Shown in pieces: positions 41,539 through 58,099 of a DNA stretch of 64,000 nucleotides (position 1 is the stretch's first letter; each line of letters opens with the position of its first letter). The DNA is taken from assembly GCA_951406725.2 (NCBI GenBank), contig OX597825.1, positions 78,430,001 to 78,494,000 on the forward strand. The letters run 5' to 3'. The notes below the pieces were generated by a model. That model saw nothing but the letters and a program-made list of their open reading frames with translations. It had not been told where the DNA came from and ran no database searches. Both the position numbers and the translations under genes were made by a program. The DNA is from Octopus vulgaris. Lineage: Eukaryota.

Positions 41539-41889
41539 CAGGGTGGATGAAAAGTAAGTAGGCTTTAAAAATTGATAATGAAATCCATATTCCTTCAACA
41601 AATTTATTGAAATAAATGCTACATGTTCTTTATTGCATGGGAGAATGAAAGAAAATCTTCATATTTTAATGTAAGCACCGGTGGCGTCAACAAGTTTCCT
41701 CAAACAGCCAGGGTTGGAACGAACAACCCTTATAAGGATGCCGTCTGCGATATCCCTGGGAACCTCCTGAATCCGTGTCTCCAAGTCCTCCAGTGTGCGA
41801 GGTTTTGTTTTGTACACCTCTTTTGTGTAACTCCACAGGTAAATATCACATGGAGTGTGATCAGGACTTCTGGACATCTGAACTTCTGT
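41539..41889 (-). mobile_element. 3' end of the same Tc1/mariner family as 15425-16112
   Basis: SRSPDHTPCDIYLWSYTKEVYKTKPRTLEDLETRIQEV...RKLVDATGAYIKI; terminus ta|cagggtggatgaaaag. Confidence 0.85.
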
Positions 41890-43070
41890 AAAGTGTTGCA
41901 GCCCAGTGCTCGAAAGCTAGTAAACGAGGCCTGCACAAGTTCTTCATAATTGGACTTCCTGTTTCCCAGGAAATCAAACATAACCGCAGTAAGAGCATTC
42001 CACGCTTCTTTTATAACGCCAGACATGGTCTCCAAAAAGCTCATCCAGCAAGAGCCACCTAATCTGTCGCTCGTCAAACTCACTGGTCACCCGGGAAAAG
42101 CATTCTAGGAATTGTCAACAATTATAAAGTATACAAATGTAGATTTGTGATAGCAAAGTTCCATGAAGAGCATATATATACGATGAAGTTCTTTGTACAG
42201 TTCTTTGACTATACTGGACAAAGAGTTGACATTGACCCATGTGACCTCACAATTAAAATATCAAGGGCAGTTTCAAAATACCAATTTCCATAAGAAATAG
42301 TTAACGGTTCAATGAAACATGTCTCACCTGGCATAGCATGGGCATAGCTGCAGAAAAATTCCACTTATATGAGATGTCTTGCAAACAACTTGCACATGCT
42401 AGTGCTACCAGTTAAAAGCTCTGTATACCGGAAGCTAGCAAGTGTATGGGGTCATCAGGAGAGAATGCGCGCCGTTTCGGGGCCTACCTCTCGACGGCAT
42501 CAATGCGCACCGGCCGCCCTCACTGATATGAGGCCCCGCTTGCTAGATCAGCTGGTTATGAAGAACTCAATATACTTCTAGCCATCGCTCATCGTCTCTT
42601 TTTAACCTAATCCTGTGGTTATTATGTATTATGTCAAGGACCACCGAAATGTGTTGTTTATTAACCTCAAATTGTACAAAGGACATTTCTGTCATCATGA
42701 GGACATTTGAAAGTAGTTGGATTGAAAATAATGAAAGCTGCAGAGTTTGATGCTTTTTATTTACTGAAGACATTTAAATCCTGACTTTTATTTTCACTTT
42801 CACTTTTGTAGTTGTATTTACGTTAAATGACATTGAAAAATTATATTTTCAAAGTTATGTCAAGTTCTATTCATGGGTCTGCATTTGACGAAGCCATATT
42901 TATCCTTAGAAAATGGTAACAATACCGGAAATATTGAAAAACTGACATTTGAATTTGTGAAAAATCTGGACGTGATAGAGCAAAATGGATTTCATTTTGG
43001 AAGTCAACTCCCTAAAATGACTAGGAAACATGTCTCCAGCGACAGACAACAAAAACCATATTCTCCGGTG
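41890..43070 (-). mobile_element. Decayed Chapaev3-like (CMC superfamily) DNA transposon
   Basis: FLETMSGVIKEAWNALTAVMFDFLGNRKSNYEELVQASFTSFRALGCN matches the AW..F..V...FLGN.K..NY..LV......LGCN motif I associate with Chapaev3 transposases; minus strand begins cac at 43070. Confidence 0.55.
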
Positions 43071-43459
43071 TAATTATTTTCTATAATGAGCAGCAACAAA
43101 AACAAGCAAACAAAACACAAATAGACTAAAAATAAAGCTTTCCAAGGCGAGGTGGAGATACTCCCGTGTCAGTAAATCAGCTGTTCATTTAAGTCTTACC
43201 TTTAATAAATACTAGTTCTATAAATACTAGCTTCTCAACTTTCCGATATTACGTTTTAATATCATATTCTGATATTCCAGAACTACTTAACGTATTCCAG
43301 TATTCTATTGTGGGTTTTTTTAAAATAGAATATTGTAACCGTAGTAACTCCCACGAACATCAAAGTTAGGTTTTTGTACGTGGGTGTGAGGGGTATGTGT
43401 GTGTGTGTGTGTGTGTGCGTGGGCGCGTGTCCGAATTTCCGATTCTAATGATGGTAGTA

Positions 43460-44056
<597 letters not shown>

Positions 44057-44239
44057 TCGACAACAAAAACAATAAATGTGATTAGTAATAGTAAATTAGG
44101 AAATAAATGTTAGGAATGCTCTCGTTTCACATCAGATGCCAATTTGGTGAGAGCAGGTGGTTTGTTTGAGTATTACTATGGTCATACGCACATGCATACA
44201 TACATACATGATGAGGCGTTTGTGTGTGAGTGAGTGTGT

Positions 44240-44310
<71 letters not shown>

Positions 44311-44884
44311 CATAAACATATATATATATACATACATACATACGCACATGCGTATATATAAATATATGTACATACACACACACACATATATATATGTGTG
44401 TGTGCCTAAGCATGCGTTTCTAGCATACATACATACATACATACATACATACGCAAACATATATCTACCTTTGCATGTGTATATACGTATATACACATAT
44501 GTAGGTATGTTCGTGTGCGATTGTGTATGTGTGTGTTTGTGTGTGTGTGTGTGTGTGTCCTATCTGATGTACAGTTAAGAGAGAATAGATTCATCAGAGC
44601 CCCCGGCTAAATTTCACAAGATTTAATGTTATTGAAGTGTGGTATGACATGGCAAGATGCGATGGGAGTGGTGGGTAATGGAAAAGGTAGAATCGAAGAT
44701 AAAAAAACCTAGCAGCATTTGTCAGGTTCCGGGTTCAAATCTCGTGAACCCGATTTTGTCTATCATCATTCTGGAATCGATTAATAATGTACCGATTAAA
44801 TACAAACCATCTCTTCTCTCTCTCTTTCCTTCTCCTTTTCTCTCTTCCCGACTGAATCGGATACGTTCTACATATATACTCTAG

Positions 44885-45452
44885 TGGCACTCCGTCGCTT
44901 ACGACGACGAGGGTTCCGGATGACTCGATCAACGGAACGGCCTGTTTGTGAAATTAACGTACCTAGTGGCTGAGTACTCCACAGACACACGTATCTTTAA
45001 CGTAATGCTCGGTTGGATTCAGCGTGAAACAGAGAGTGACAAGATAGGCCTTTTGAAAGGCGGCGAGCTGGCAGAAACGTTAACACGCCGGGCGAAATGC
45101 TTAACGTGTTTTTCGTCTGTCACTACGTTCTGAGTTCAAATTCCGCTGAGGTCAACTTTGCCTTTCATCCTTTCGGGGTCGATAAATTAAGTACCAGTTA
45201 CGCACCGGGGTCAATGTAATCGACTTAATCCGTTTGTCTGTCCTTGTTTACCACTTCTGTGTTTAGCCCCTTGTGGGCAGTAAAAGAAATAAAACTGGCC
45301 TTTTGAAATACAGGTACTACTCATTTTTGCCAGCAGAGTTGACCGGAGCAACGTGAAATAAAATGTCTTGCTCGAGTACACAACTTTCCGATGGGAATCG
45401 AACTCGCGACCTTAAGATCGCGAGCCGAACACCCTAAACGCTAAGCCATATA
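44885..45452 (-). mobile_element. SINE family C interrupted by a SINE A insertion
   Basis: tRNA-like head on the minus strand (tggcttagcgtttagggtgttcggctcgcgatcttaaggtcgcgagttcgattccc); body continues across 45059-45292. Confidence 0.8.
45059..45292 (+). mobile_element. Full-length SINE family A nested in SINE C
   Basis: Complete head to tail; TSD ggccttttgaa on both sides. Confidence 0.95.
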
Positions 45453-45959
45453 ACAGGCACTGGTGTTAGAACAAACTATGCTGCGACAGTTACCATGAGA
45501 GAAACTCTTACATTAGCTTTTTGGTGCAAAATGCACTCTTCTTTCTATCGCTAGCAGGGAGGTGGAGATAGATATTACCGCTTGGTATGAAAAACTGCCT
45601 CTGTCGCTAATAAAATATTTTTTAACAAGCTTACTGGGTAATCGCGATACAAGTGCCTGTTCTGGCACTGTTTTTCTACATATCGCTGCCGGAGATGAAT
45701 CGCTGGTGTTTCTAGTGGCCAGGCGTTCGTCATTGACAAGTCCACAGACGGCTGAAACCACGTGAGCTGAGGTGGCGGGTAATTATCTCATCGCTGGTGA
45801 TATGAACAGGAATGTGCACCGAAAGCCAATACGAGAGTTTCTAAGGGATTTAGGGACTTATGGCACGATATTGTTCCAAACTAAATATTAAAGAATCATT
45901 AAAAATCTTAAGAATCTGTAAAAAAATGCATTATATTCATGTATAGTCGTGTAGCGAGT

Positions 45960-48075
<2,116 letters not shown>

Positions 48076-48517
48076 ACACACGTCCATATATCCACCTAGA
48101 TCAGATACGAAAAGATACTGAATTTATATTTTAATTGCTTCCTATTGTGTGTAATATGTATCGCAATCTATTAATATTTTTTTCATAATTTCCATTATGC
48201 TTCGGCTCTAATATATCATTATTATGTTTATATAATAACCATTGTGTATGCGGCTGTTTATTATTTTTAATGTAACAATCCATTACATTTTCCTAAATTA
48301 TATCCTAGATGAACTGCAATTTACTAAACTATTATAGTTTCGATGTAACGGCCACCGTGGTGTAGATAAAACTGTAGTAATGGCTTTATATGTAAGAACT
48401 CGCACATTTTCAATAGAAAAGCCAATTTGAAAGAGACGAAGAGTTTGACAGAAACGGTTGTGAGGACCCCCCGTCTCCTCACAAAAAGCTTCCTGTTGTT
48501 TTCTGTAGTTTTATACT

Positions 48518-48900
48518 CAGTAGAATTGTTAGCAGGCCGGAGGAAATGCTTAGCGCCATTTCGTCCGTCTTTACGTTCTGAGTTCGAGTTCCACCGAGGT
48601 CGATTACGCTTTTCAGCCTTTCACCGTCGATAAAGTAGGTACTTGTTGAGTACTGGGGTCGATGGAATTGACTTATCCCCTTCCCCGAAATAGCTGGCCC
48701 TGTACCGAATATTTGAAATCGTTGCCGGTCGAAATGCTGAGCGGTATTTCGTTCAACCTTCTATTCTGAGTTCAAATTCTTTTCGAGGTCGGTTAAGTAA
48801 GTACCAGTTACCCACTAAGGTCGATGTAATCTACTCTATCCCCCTGTCTGTCCTTGTTTGTCCCCTCTTTGTTTAGCCCCTGTGGACAATAAAGAAATAA
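48518..48900 (+). mobile_element. Two adjacent SINE family A fragments
   Basis: Two aaatgct.agcg..atttcgt..ttctgagttc segments; the second ends in the tgtttagcccctgtggacaataaagaaat tail. Confidence 0.75.
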
Positions 48901-48921
48901 ATTATTATTATTATAATTATA

Positions 48922-49002
<81 letters not shown>

Positions 49003-49169
49003 GATCTGACTCAAGTTCGTACTTATTCCTAGTAGAATTTATTTGGGTGGCGCTTTCAATAGTCTTTCAAGTGCTTAAGACCCTCCAGATAATCTTCCCT
49101 CTCCCTGTCTGGAAAAATTTCTCTAGAAGCTAAAAAAATCGTTGTCTCTTGGGGATATTACTATTAATA

Positions 49170-50222
49170 TTATTATTATTGAGTGAGAAAGCAGTGCATG
49201 CCATCAAACTGATACAGGAATAAAATATACGAAACCCAGTAAACCCATCATAACAACCCGTCTGATAAGAGTACATCAGGCACATGCACCAGAAAAATAT
49301 GTGCGTAACATGATGACTTCATATCAAGAAAAACAGTACATGATCTTGCAGATGGGACCCAGTTAGAATTTTCTCATGTTTTTTCTTCAATTTCTTTGTT
49401 ATCCACTCTAACATCATAAGGCTTTACTAAACCTATGATCTTACACTAACTGTTCGTCTTGCTTCGGTTGTATGTTTAGTTTTTATGGGAGGGTCATATA
49501 AAATTTTGTAATTCTTATTCATGTTCTTACCATTTTCGTGCTATATTTCGAAACCACACTCGGCTGACATGCCACTGCACACTTTTACATATGCAGTCCT
49601 TCCTGCGCTTATACTCTTTTTGTGTTCATTTATTGCATTCACTCATGATATGATTAATACTTTCAGTTGCTTTTCTGCAGATTCTGCGTTTGCTCTCTGA
49701 CTAATTTTTATCGATCTTCACTTTATCAGATTCGTTCAATGTCTTGTTCCTCGGCAGCGATAATTAACACTTCTGACTCTCGTTTCATGTTTCCGTTCTT
49801 CAGACACAACTAGCATCCTTTACGTCAAACATCTTCAGTTTGCTGCATGAATTGGTCATGTAATTTCATTTCTTTTGATCTGATTGTTCTGTGGTGCTTT
49901 CTACTGTTATTGAATTCTCCTGCTGTTTCTTTTGGACGTCTCTGTCTGCCGTATTCTTTCTTAGCGGCACAAGCGATGTCTTCTGCGTTTAGTAATCCGT
50001 TGCTCCCTTCCTTTCTAGCTAGGTAGTGTCTTTCGGTATTATTTTTAGGGTGTTGTGAGTTGTGCATTGGGAACAGCTTCCTAGTTCTCCTAATCAATTT
50101 CTGTATCTTGATTTTTGTTCATTTTAAAAGAGAAGCAGAGTATCTTAATACTGTCATACGCCAGGTATTTATTGCTTTAATATTCCTTCCATTTCGTCTT
50201 GTTGCGTGGAGATTTTCTCTCT
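49170..50222 (-). pseudogene. Decayed R4/Dong-like LINE 3' portion with putative 3' UTR
   Basis: RRTRKLFPMHNSQHPKNNTERHYLARKEGSNGLL, LHDQF, MKRESEVLIIAAEEQ motifs; bounded by (ATT)n on both sides. Confidence 0.75.
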
Positions 50223-50225
50223 CAA

Positions 50226-50283
<58 letters not shown>

Positions 50284-50347
50284 GTTATTATTATTATTAT
50301 TGTTATTGTTATTGTTATTATTATTATTAATGTTATTAATATTATTA

Positions 50348-50427
<80 letters not shown>

Positions 50428-50474
50428 GTTATTATTATTATTATTGTTATTGTTATTGTTATTATTATTATTAA

Positions 50475-50551
<77 letters not shown>

Positions 50552-50774
50552 TATTATTATTATGTATTTTTTTCAAGACATAAACGTAAAATTTTAACAT
50601 GGAAATAAATACCCATTTAGAAATTAAACTCCTGAACAAAATCAAATCAACACAGTATTATTTTGCAATCCTTAATGAAATTAAAATTGTTTTAAACTCG
50701 TTTATTGTTTTAAACTTAAGGCAAAAGTCGACATTACTAGCTCAAATCGTCATAACGATAATTTTTAAGAGAGA

Positions 50775-50968
50775 ATGAAAATATATAAAGATTTCTCACA
50801 GCGAAAGAGCAAAGCGGTTAGTGATGTTTATAAAGTGAAATGATATAACCGATTGATGCGAACACATGTTGATGCTGTTCCTCTCTTCAATCGGTTATAT
50901 CCTTTCTCTTTGTAAACATCGCTAACCACTGTGCTCTTCCTTGGTGAGAAATCTTTATATGTTTTCAT
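50775..50968. repeat. Diverged inverted repeat (~80 bp arms) abutting (TA)n
   Basis: 50775-50856 vs 50887-50968. Confidence 0.85.
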
Positions 50969-50971
50969 CGT

Positions 50972-51116
<145 letters not shown>

Positions 51117-51182
51117 ATATATATATATAAATATATATATATAATGGCGTGATATATTTTGGTGGTGGTGGAGGTAGTAGTC

Positions 51183-51239
<57 letters not shown>

Positions 51240-51412
51240 TAGATACAAAGATAGATAGATATACTTATATAACAAATATAAACGCATATAGATACTTATG
51301 TATATAAACACATGCAGAGTTAATATAATGCATATGTATGTATGCATGTATATATATATATATATATATAGGTGTGTGTGTGGTGTGAATGTATATGTGT
51401 GTGTGTGTGTAC

Positions 51413-51471
<59 letters not shown>

Positions 51472-51936
51472 TATATATATATATTTGTATATATGAATAT
51501 ATACAAATGCACATTCGCACACGTCTATTGAAACGCCAAGATTTGTCCCAACTCTCGCTCATTTGTTAAAACTAAAGCTATACATTGATCCTTAACCTTT
51601 CACAGTAGTCAGACAATTTTCTCCGTGTAGATATCCAAGCTGTTATCAAAACGCCATTGATGCCGGAAAAAGTCACAGCGCTGCATAAAATCAGTGCGAT
51701 TTTCAAATGTCAAATCAACAATAATATTTACATATCTCTTAAGTAAATCCGATAAAGATAATATATCCAATAATATACTTTATTTAATCATATATTTGTT
51801 GACGTTGCTCCTGTTGCTGTTGTTGCTGCTGTTGTTTTAATCAATTATCGCAAAACATTTCTTCCAAGATCTGTCACCAATGAATTTTCTAATAAAAATC
51901 AACCGTACATTAACTGTTCATACACACACACACACT

Positions 51937-52032
<96 letters not shown>

Positions 52033-52049
52033 ACATATATACATACATC

Positions 52050-52100
<51 letters not shown>

Positions 52101-52177
52101 TGAGACACTGAGAATACTACCCAATACGATGAAAATAAGGAAATCTGTTATTCGATAGAGGTTGAAGTATACTTGCG

Positions 52178-52255
<78 letters not shown>

Positions 52256-53126
52256 GTATGGATGTATATATATGTATACATATATATATATATGTATGTA
52301 TATACATTCATACATATATTACATACATGTATAAATGTACATATATATATTATATATAATACATATATATATATGTATGTATACGTAAATATATATATAT
52401 ATATAGGTGTTTAGATACCAGAAATATATGTGTGTGTGGAACATATAAATATGAATCTAACATACATACATACATATACACATATATTTATATAATATTT
52501 ATATGTAACATATGTATGTATATCTATGTATCTATGCATGTAGATATATATATATATATACGTGTCTATGTATATGCATATATATATACATGTAAACCTA
52601 TATATATCATTAAAATTTAATCATTTCTCTAATTTAGCATATTTTTTTGTGTGTGTGACGTATCTCTAATAAATCAATATACTCTATTAGTTTTATTAAA
52701 CTTCATTAAATCGTTTTTCCCTACAATTAATTAAATATAGTTACCTCACATATGCCTATCTAACACCAATCTTATAAAAATTACTTGCTGCCCAAAGATT
52801 TTCATTTTCATTTTGAGGATTTTCAGATTGTGAAATACCTTTTCTCAATCATACCACAGGAGAAATATTCTTTCTCACTCTCAAAACATGAATTTTATAT
52901 GCATACAACAATGTTAATGTGTAAATATATAGATATCCTTGCTTCTGTTTATGTATGGCGTACATGAATTGATTTTAAAACATCTATCTCTGTGCTATGT
53001 ATGTATGTGTGTATGTATGCATGTATGTATGTAGCTTTTTATGTTTTGTTTTATGTATGCATTCTCATGCATATAGTTACATATCTAGACATGCTCATAT
53101 ATATTTAAATGATAAACGTCTGGAAA

Positions 53127-53326
53127 TTATTTACATTATTTACATTCAAAGCTGGGTTCTCATTCCTAAGGAATGAGAACCCAAGTTCGTAATTTCCCCC
53201 AGACACCTGAAGAAGGCTGGAGGATCTTTCAGCCGAAACGTTGTGTTAACAACAAACAAGATGTGGACAAATATCCATCAATTGTAAATAATGTACATAA
53301 TTCCTCGTCTCTTAAATATAGAACTG
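53127..53326 (+). mobile_element. SINE family D, 5'-truncated and inverted, inserted in the LINE 3' end
   Basis: Matches 1570-1735; imperfect TSD aaac(g/t)tctgg(a/g)aa at 53114 and 53327; palindromic junction gggttctcattcct|aggaatgagaaccc. Confidence 0.85.
53202..53247 (+). ncRNA. Minimal type-I hammerhead ribozyme motif
   Basis: gacac CTGAAGA a ggctg-gaggatcttt-cagcc GAAA cg TT gtgtt; helices conserved while loop II differs from the 1605 copy. Confidence 0.7.
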
Positions 53327-54200
53327 AAACTTCTGGGAAGTTTTACAGATTTTTACAGTTCTAGTGAGGGATTATATCTGGAGTCTTCGAATTAGCTTTC
53401 TCCTTTCTGGTTTTTACTGTTCCACACACAGATTAGACTTGTAATGTACGAATCAGCCTGTCAATTCTTCTTTCTGAAAAATCCAGATTCTCCTTTAGGA
53501 TTTTACTCAGAAAACCTATCACTCCAATTATTATTGGTATGAATATGGTATGAATATGAAGCTGGAGGTTTCGAAGCATTTGTCCATAGGTAGCTTTTTT
53601 TTATTTTCAAAGTAATATTAACATCTGCAGGACAGCTAACCTCTATGATAGTACATACCTTTGCCCCTCTGTCCCAAACAACAATATCCGACCTGTTATG
53701 CCTACATTTTACTGACGTTTTGATTGGAATATTCTACCAATATTCTTTGAGTTGGTGTTCATGAATGTATTCCACAACAGAGGGACTTTCTAAATTTATT
53801 TCAGGACAGCCATTTTTGCGGATGCTATTGTAAATTGTTTTAGTGCAACGTCGTGCCGTATTGGGAAGTAGTACCGTTACGACATTTAAGGACAGCTGCT
53901 AATCACATGCGTAATGTCTTCCACAAAATATGACATAGCCTACACATGCGGTTGCACTCTGGGATTACAAGAGTGTCACTGTCTCTCTTGTTCACCCGGT
54001 ACTTGGTGGTAATCTCCTGTTTTTGGATTGCAAACACATAGCCTTCAAAGTGTGATGTGATGTGGTGGTTTTGTGTCCAAGAGATGCTGCGCTTCGTGTC
54101 AATTCTACTGTCTCGCTTTCCATCACCTTCTATTCCTCCATACCAAATACACACAGAACTGCACACATAACCCAATAAATCTTTTGGTTGGTGAAAATTG

Positions 54201-54231
<31 letters not shown>

Positions 54232-54374
54232 TGTATGTATGTATGTATGTGTGTGGGTATGTATGTATGTATGCATGTACGTGCTGCAACAGCAGTTTTA
54301 TGGGGTTGTACCGAACTGTGCCGATGTAACGTTGGATAAATATAGTAAGAAGAAGAAGAAGAAGAAGATATTTT

Positions 54375-55530
54375 AACGCATCACTACACGCGTTTCCACG
54401 ATCTTAGTCCGTATTGTTAGGAGGATTACAGTAGTCCGTAGTATCCATGAACATCATGTGGGTTTTAGTTCGTGTGTTCATTTCTTCAGGTGATATGGCC
54501 TTAAAGTTGGAAGTAACGAATGTATAGCTGAAGGATGTTTATCAATTTTCACCAATTAAAATATTTATTGGGGTATGTGGGAATTTCTGTGTGTATCTGG
54601 TAGGGAGGAATAGAAGAAGAAGGAAAGAGAGACAGGTAATGATAAAGGAGAGAGATGAGTGTGTGGTGAGACTAGACTTGTTTTGATATTTGTGCGAGAA
54701 GATGTTGGGATGGGTGGTATAGGTCATTGATTTTGACCTTAGTCACAGCAAGCATTTCCTCAGGGAATTCAAATACTACTGGGCTAAGAAGCAAACTTTG
54801 TTTTGGTGTTGAAGTTCGTTGTCTGAGTTGACAAATGATGTTCCCTTAAAGGGTCCTTTTCATTACTTCTGGTGGTGTAATATAGGAAAATAATCGTCTG
54901 TTTAGTTCATTTATAGGTTCTTCTTTTGTTCAGTTAGATGCTAATGATGGGTTAGTGTCTCTCTGTTTCATAATGTTCTGTTCGAATTCTAGAAAAGGAT
55001 ATATTGATCTTATGTTTGCATGATAGAATTACTTCGGAATGCTTATTATATTAATAATGTGTTCCCTGGTTATGATGATCTCCAGAGTTTCCTCTAAACG
55101 TAAGCTACACACCCGCGATGTTCTATTGTTTGGTCTAGCGTTTTTCCTTATAGACCAGTTGCTTGTATGCTCTATTCCTTTCCCTTTGAGCCTCCAGATG
55201 AGGTTAGATATGATGTACAGTGCTTTTTGTTTTCATTGAAAAATGACGTAAGATGGTTATGCAGACGATTTTTCATGGTGTCTCCAGTTGCACCAATGTA
55301 CACATATTATAGTGCACCCGCCTTCACTTCACATTTGTAAACTACGTTCTTTATTAATTGTTATTAAATTTGCAGTTGTTATTAAAACTGCATGCATTTT
55401 TCTGTCTGTAGTTACATGCTACATTATCTTTTCTGGTTCGATTAACCGAGTTATTGTTAGTGCTCACATTTCTTCCTCCTGCAACAGTGTTCTTATTTTT
55501 CTCAAGCATGAACTGCACTGCCAGTGCTAA
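54375..55530 (-). mobile_element. Penelope-like retroelement remnant (GIY-YIG endonuclease plus 3' pseudo-LTR)
   Basis: Minus-strand translation ACNYRQKNAC...KNVVYKCEVKAGAL*YVYIGATGDTMKNRLHNHLTSF...LIWRLKGKG...NWSI...EETLEI...NKHSEVILSCKHK matches the PLE GIY-YIG pattern; stops and frameshifts present. Confidence 0.85.
54380..54494 (-). ncRNA. Hammerhead motif with extended helix II region, 3' of the PLE ORF
   Basis: Reverse complement reads atcac CTGAAGA (~86 nt) GAAAC gcgt GTA gtgat; helix I atcac/gtgat pairs fully; GUA triplet. Confidence 0.65.
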
Positions 55531-55676
55531 GGCATTTTAATATGCGTATTTTTTTTCCGTTGGCTCCCTCTAGTTTTATTTTGTGTAAATAGTATGTATA
55601 GAGACATGTGTGTGTGTGACTATATATATGTATGTCTATATATACACATACACAGATATACATATATATACACATA

Positions 55677-55742
<66 letters not shown>

Positions 55743-55796
55743 AATATATATATGTATACATGTGTGCCCACGTTGGGTGCAATATATCTTTCGGTA

Positions 55797-56535
55797 GAGG
55801 CGTAGGTGTGTGGTAAGAAGTTCGCTTCCCAAACACAAGGTTCCGGGTTCAGTTCCACTTCGTCGCACCTTCACCAGCTGTCTTCTGCTGAACGACCAAA
55901 GCGTTGTGAGTAGATTTGGTAGACGGAAACTAAAGGAAGCCCTTCTTATATATATTTGTGTGTGTGTGTGTGGGTAGGTGTGCATGTGTGTGCGTGTGTG
56001 TGTCATGTTTGTGTTTGTCCCCCACCGCTTGACAACCGCTGTTAGTGTGTTTACTTTACCCGTGACTTGGTAGTTCGGCAAAAGTCATTGCTAGAATAAG
56101 CACCAAGTTTTAAAAAAGCACCGGGGTCGATTCATTCGACGAAAGATTCTTCAAGGTATGGCTGCAGCCTGATGACTGAAGCAAGTAAAAGATAAAGTGG
56201 CTGTGTGGTAAAAAGGTTACTTCCCAACCACATGGTTCCGGGTCCAGTCCTACTGCGCGGCACCTTGGGCAAATGTCTTCTACTATAGTCTCACACCGAC
56301 CCAAGCCTTGTGAGTGGATTTGGTAGACGGAAACTGAAAGAAGCCCGTCGTGTGTGTGTGTATGTATATATATACATAGATATGTGTGTGTGTTTGTCCC
56401 CCTCCATCGCTTGACAACCGTAACTTAGCCTTTATGTCCCCGTAACTTAGCGGTTCGGTAAAAATCACCGACAGAATAAGTACTAGGCTTACAAAGAATA
56501 AAGTCATGGGGTGGATTTATTTGAAACAGGTAAAA
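55797..56535 (+). mobile_element. Two head-to-tail SINE family B copies
   Basis: Heads at ~55797 and ~56196 (gtgtggtaa...ggttccgggt.cagt.c.act), each followed by the body. Confidence 0.85.
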
Positions 56536-56574
56536 GAATAACAGAATACATACACACACACATACATACATACA

Positions 56575-56625
<51 letters not shown>

Positions 56626-56645
56626 GCGCATACACTCACACACAC

Positions 56646-56678
<33 letters not shown>

Positions 56679-57926
56679 CTTTGAAAAACCGGAAAACTTT
56701 ACATCATTTAATCAATTAAGTTTTTATCTCCTCCCCACTCCTCTCACGCACAATATAGTCATACATACATACTTACTCACTTACATCCATACATACATAC
56801 ACACACACGCACACACACACACACACAGACACGCGCGCAAACGCGCACACATATATATGCACACACACACACACACGGACGCACATACACATATATATAT
56901 ATATACGCTCATACATAAATGTATATATAAATTTACGATAAAAGAACAACAACAACAAAAAAAAACAATTACATCAACAAAAAGTGGAAAACATGATTTT
57001 TAAAAAAAAGTTATCTTCGACTAAATGTAAATCTTCATTTTGCTTAATTTTGTTTGTCAAGAAAGAATTCTTCCGAAAAAAAATTCCAAAATAAAGGATT
57101 TTTTTTCTTTCGTGTTTAAGTTATAGCTTGTTAATGCGTTTTTGTATCACCAACTCAGCGCCAACCTCCTCTCCATACACGCTTTTATTCATTCAACTAA
57201 TTATGTTTTCTATAAAATGTTGTCTTTGGAATTAACGAAGCCACTACGAAGAGAGGACGGAGAAGAGACGGTGCAGGAAGGGAAACCGAGCGGGAGAAAT
57301 TAAGTGAGAGCGAAGAGAAATAAAGGGGGGAGTGGAAATTTCGGGAAAATGAGAGGAAAGGGAACTGAATTGGAGAAAAAAGAGTGGGATAGAAGGATTG
57401 TGAGAGAAAGAGAGAAAGAGAGAGAGAGTGTCTGAATGAGAGAGAATTTGTATGTCTAAGAGTGTGAGTGTATACGTGCATTTGTGTGTGTGTCGTCTGC
57501 GCGCGTTTTGTGTGTCGTCTGCGTGAGTGTGTGTGTCGTCTGCTCGTATGTGCGTGTGTTTGTGTGTGAAAAGGAGCGAAAGTGTTTGTAAATATGTGTG
57601 TTCATGGTGTGTGTGCATGTGTGTGTGTGAGTGTGTGTATGTGTGTACGTATGTCTACACGTGTGTGAAGAGAGAGATTGTGTTATTGCGTTTGTATGTG
57701 GGAGAGAAAGTTTGTACGTATGTGTGTGTGTGAATGTGTGTGTATGTGTGAGGGAGGGAGGCTACGTGTGTGATATAGAGAGTGTGCAAGATAGGGAAAG
57801 AGAGAGAGAGAGTGAGTTTGCGTGTATGATAGAGAAAAAGAGTGAGTATACCTGAGAAAGTTTTATGTGGGTATGTGTCTATATGTTTGTGCGTGGGAGA
57901 GAACATACACATACATATGTATGTGT

Positions 57927-58012
<86 letters not shown>

Positions 58013-58099
58013 GATGAGAGAAAGTAACGAAGGAAGAAGCGAAATATTTAATTTTACGTGATCTGTCGGTAATAAACTTTAAACGTTCACTAGGTAGAA

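Larger units (their letters stand above)
53100..54190 (-). pseudogene. Non-LTR retrotransposon 3' end with CCHC knuckle and restriction-like endonuclease
   Basis: FEGYVFAIQKQEITTKY...CRLCH...EDITH...CP and KCRHNRSDIVVWDRGAKVCTIIEVSCPADVN...KTVKICKT motifs; many stops. Confidence 0.85.

Noticed and set aside
45385-45452. tRNA-like cloverleaf on the minus strand (also at 1453-1515 and 28335-28400)
   Set aside because: These are SINE heads continuous with repeat bodies; acceptor stems are not intact.
45455-45890. Short ORFs (67 and 82 aa) in moderately GC-rich sequence
   Set aside because: No recognisable domain or splice structure.
52098-52178. acGATGA aaataa..ttattc GATA between (TA)n tracts
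   Set aside because: Both core halves are mutated and there is no helix I; cannot be distinguished from chance.
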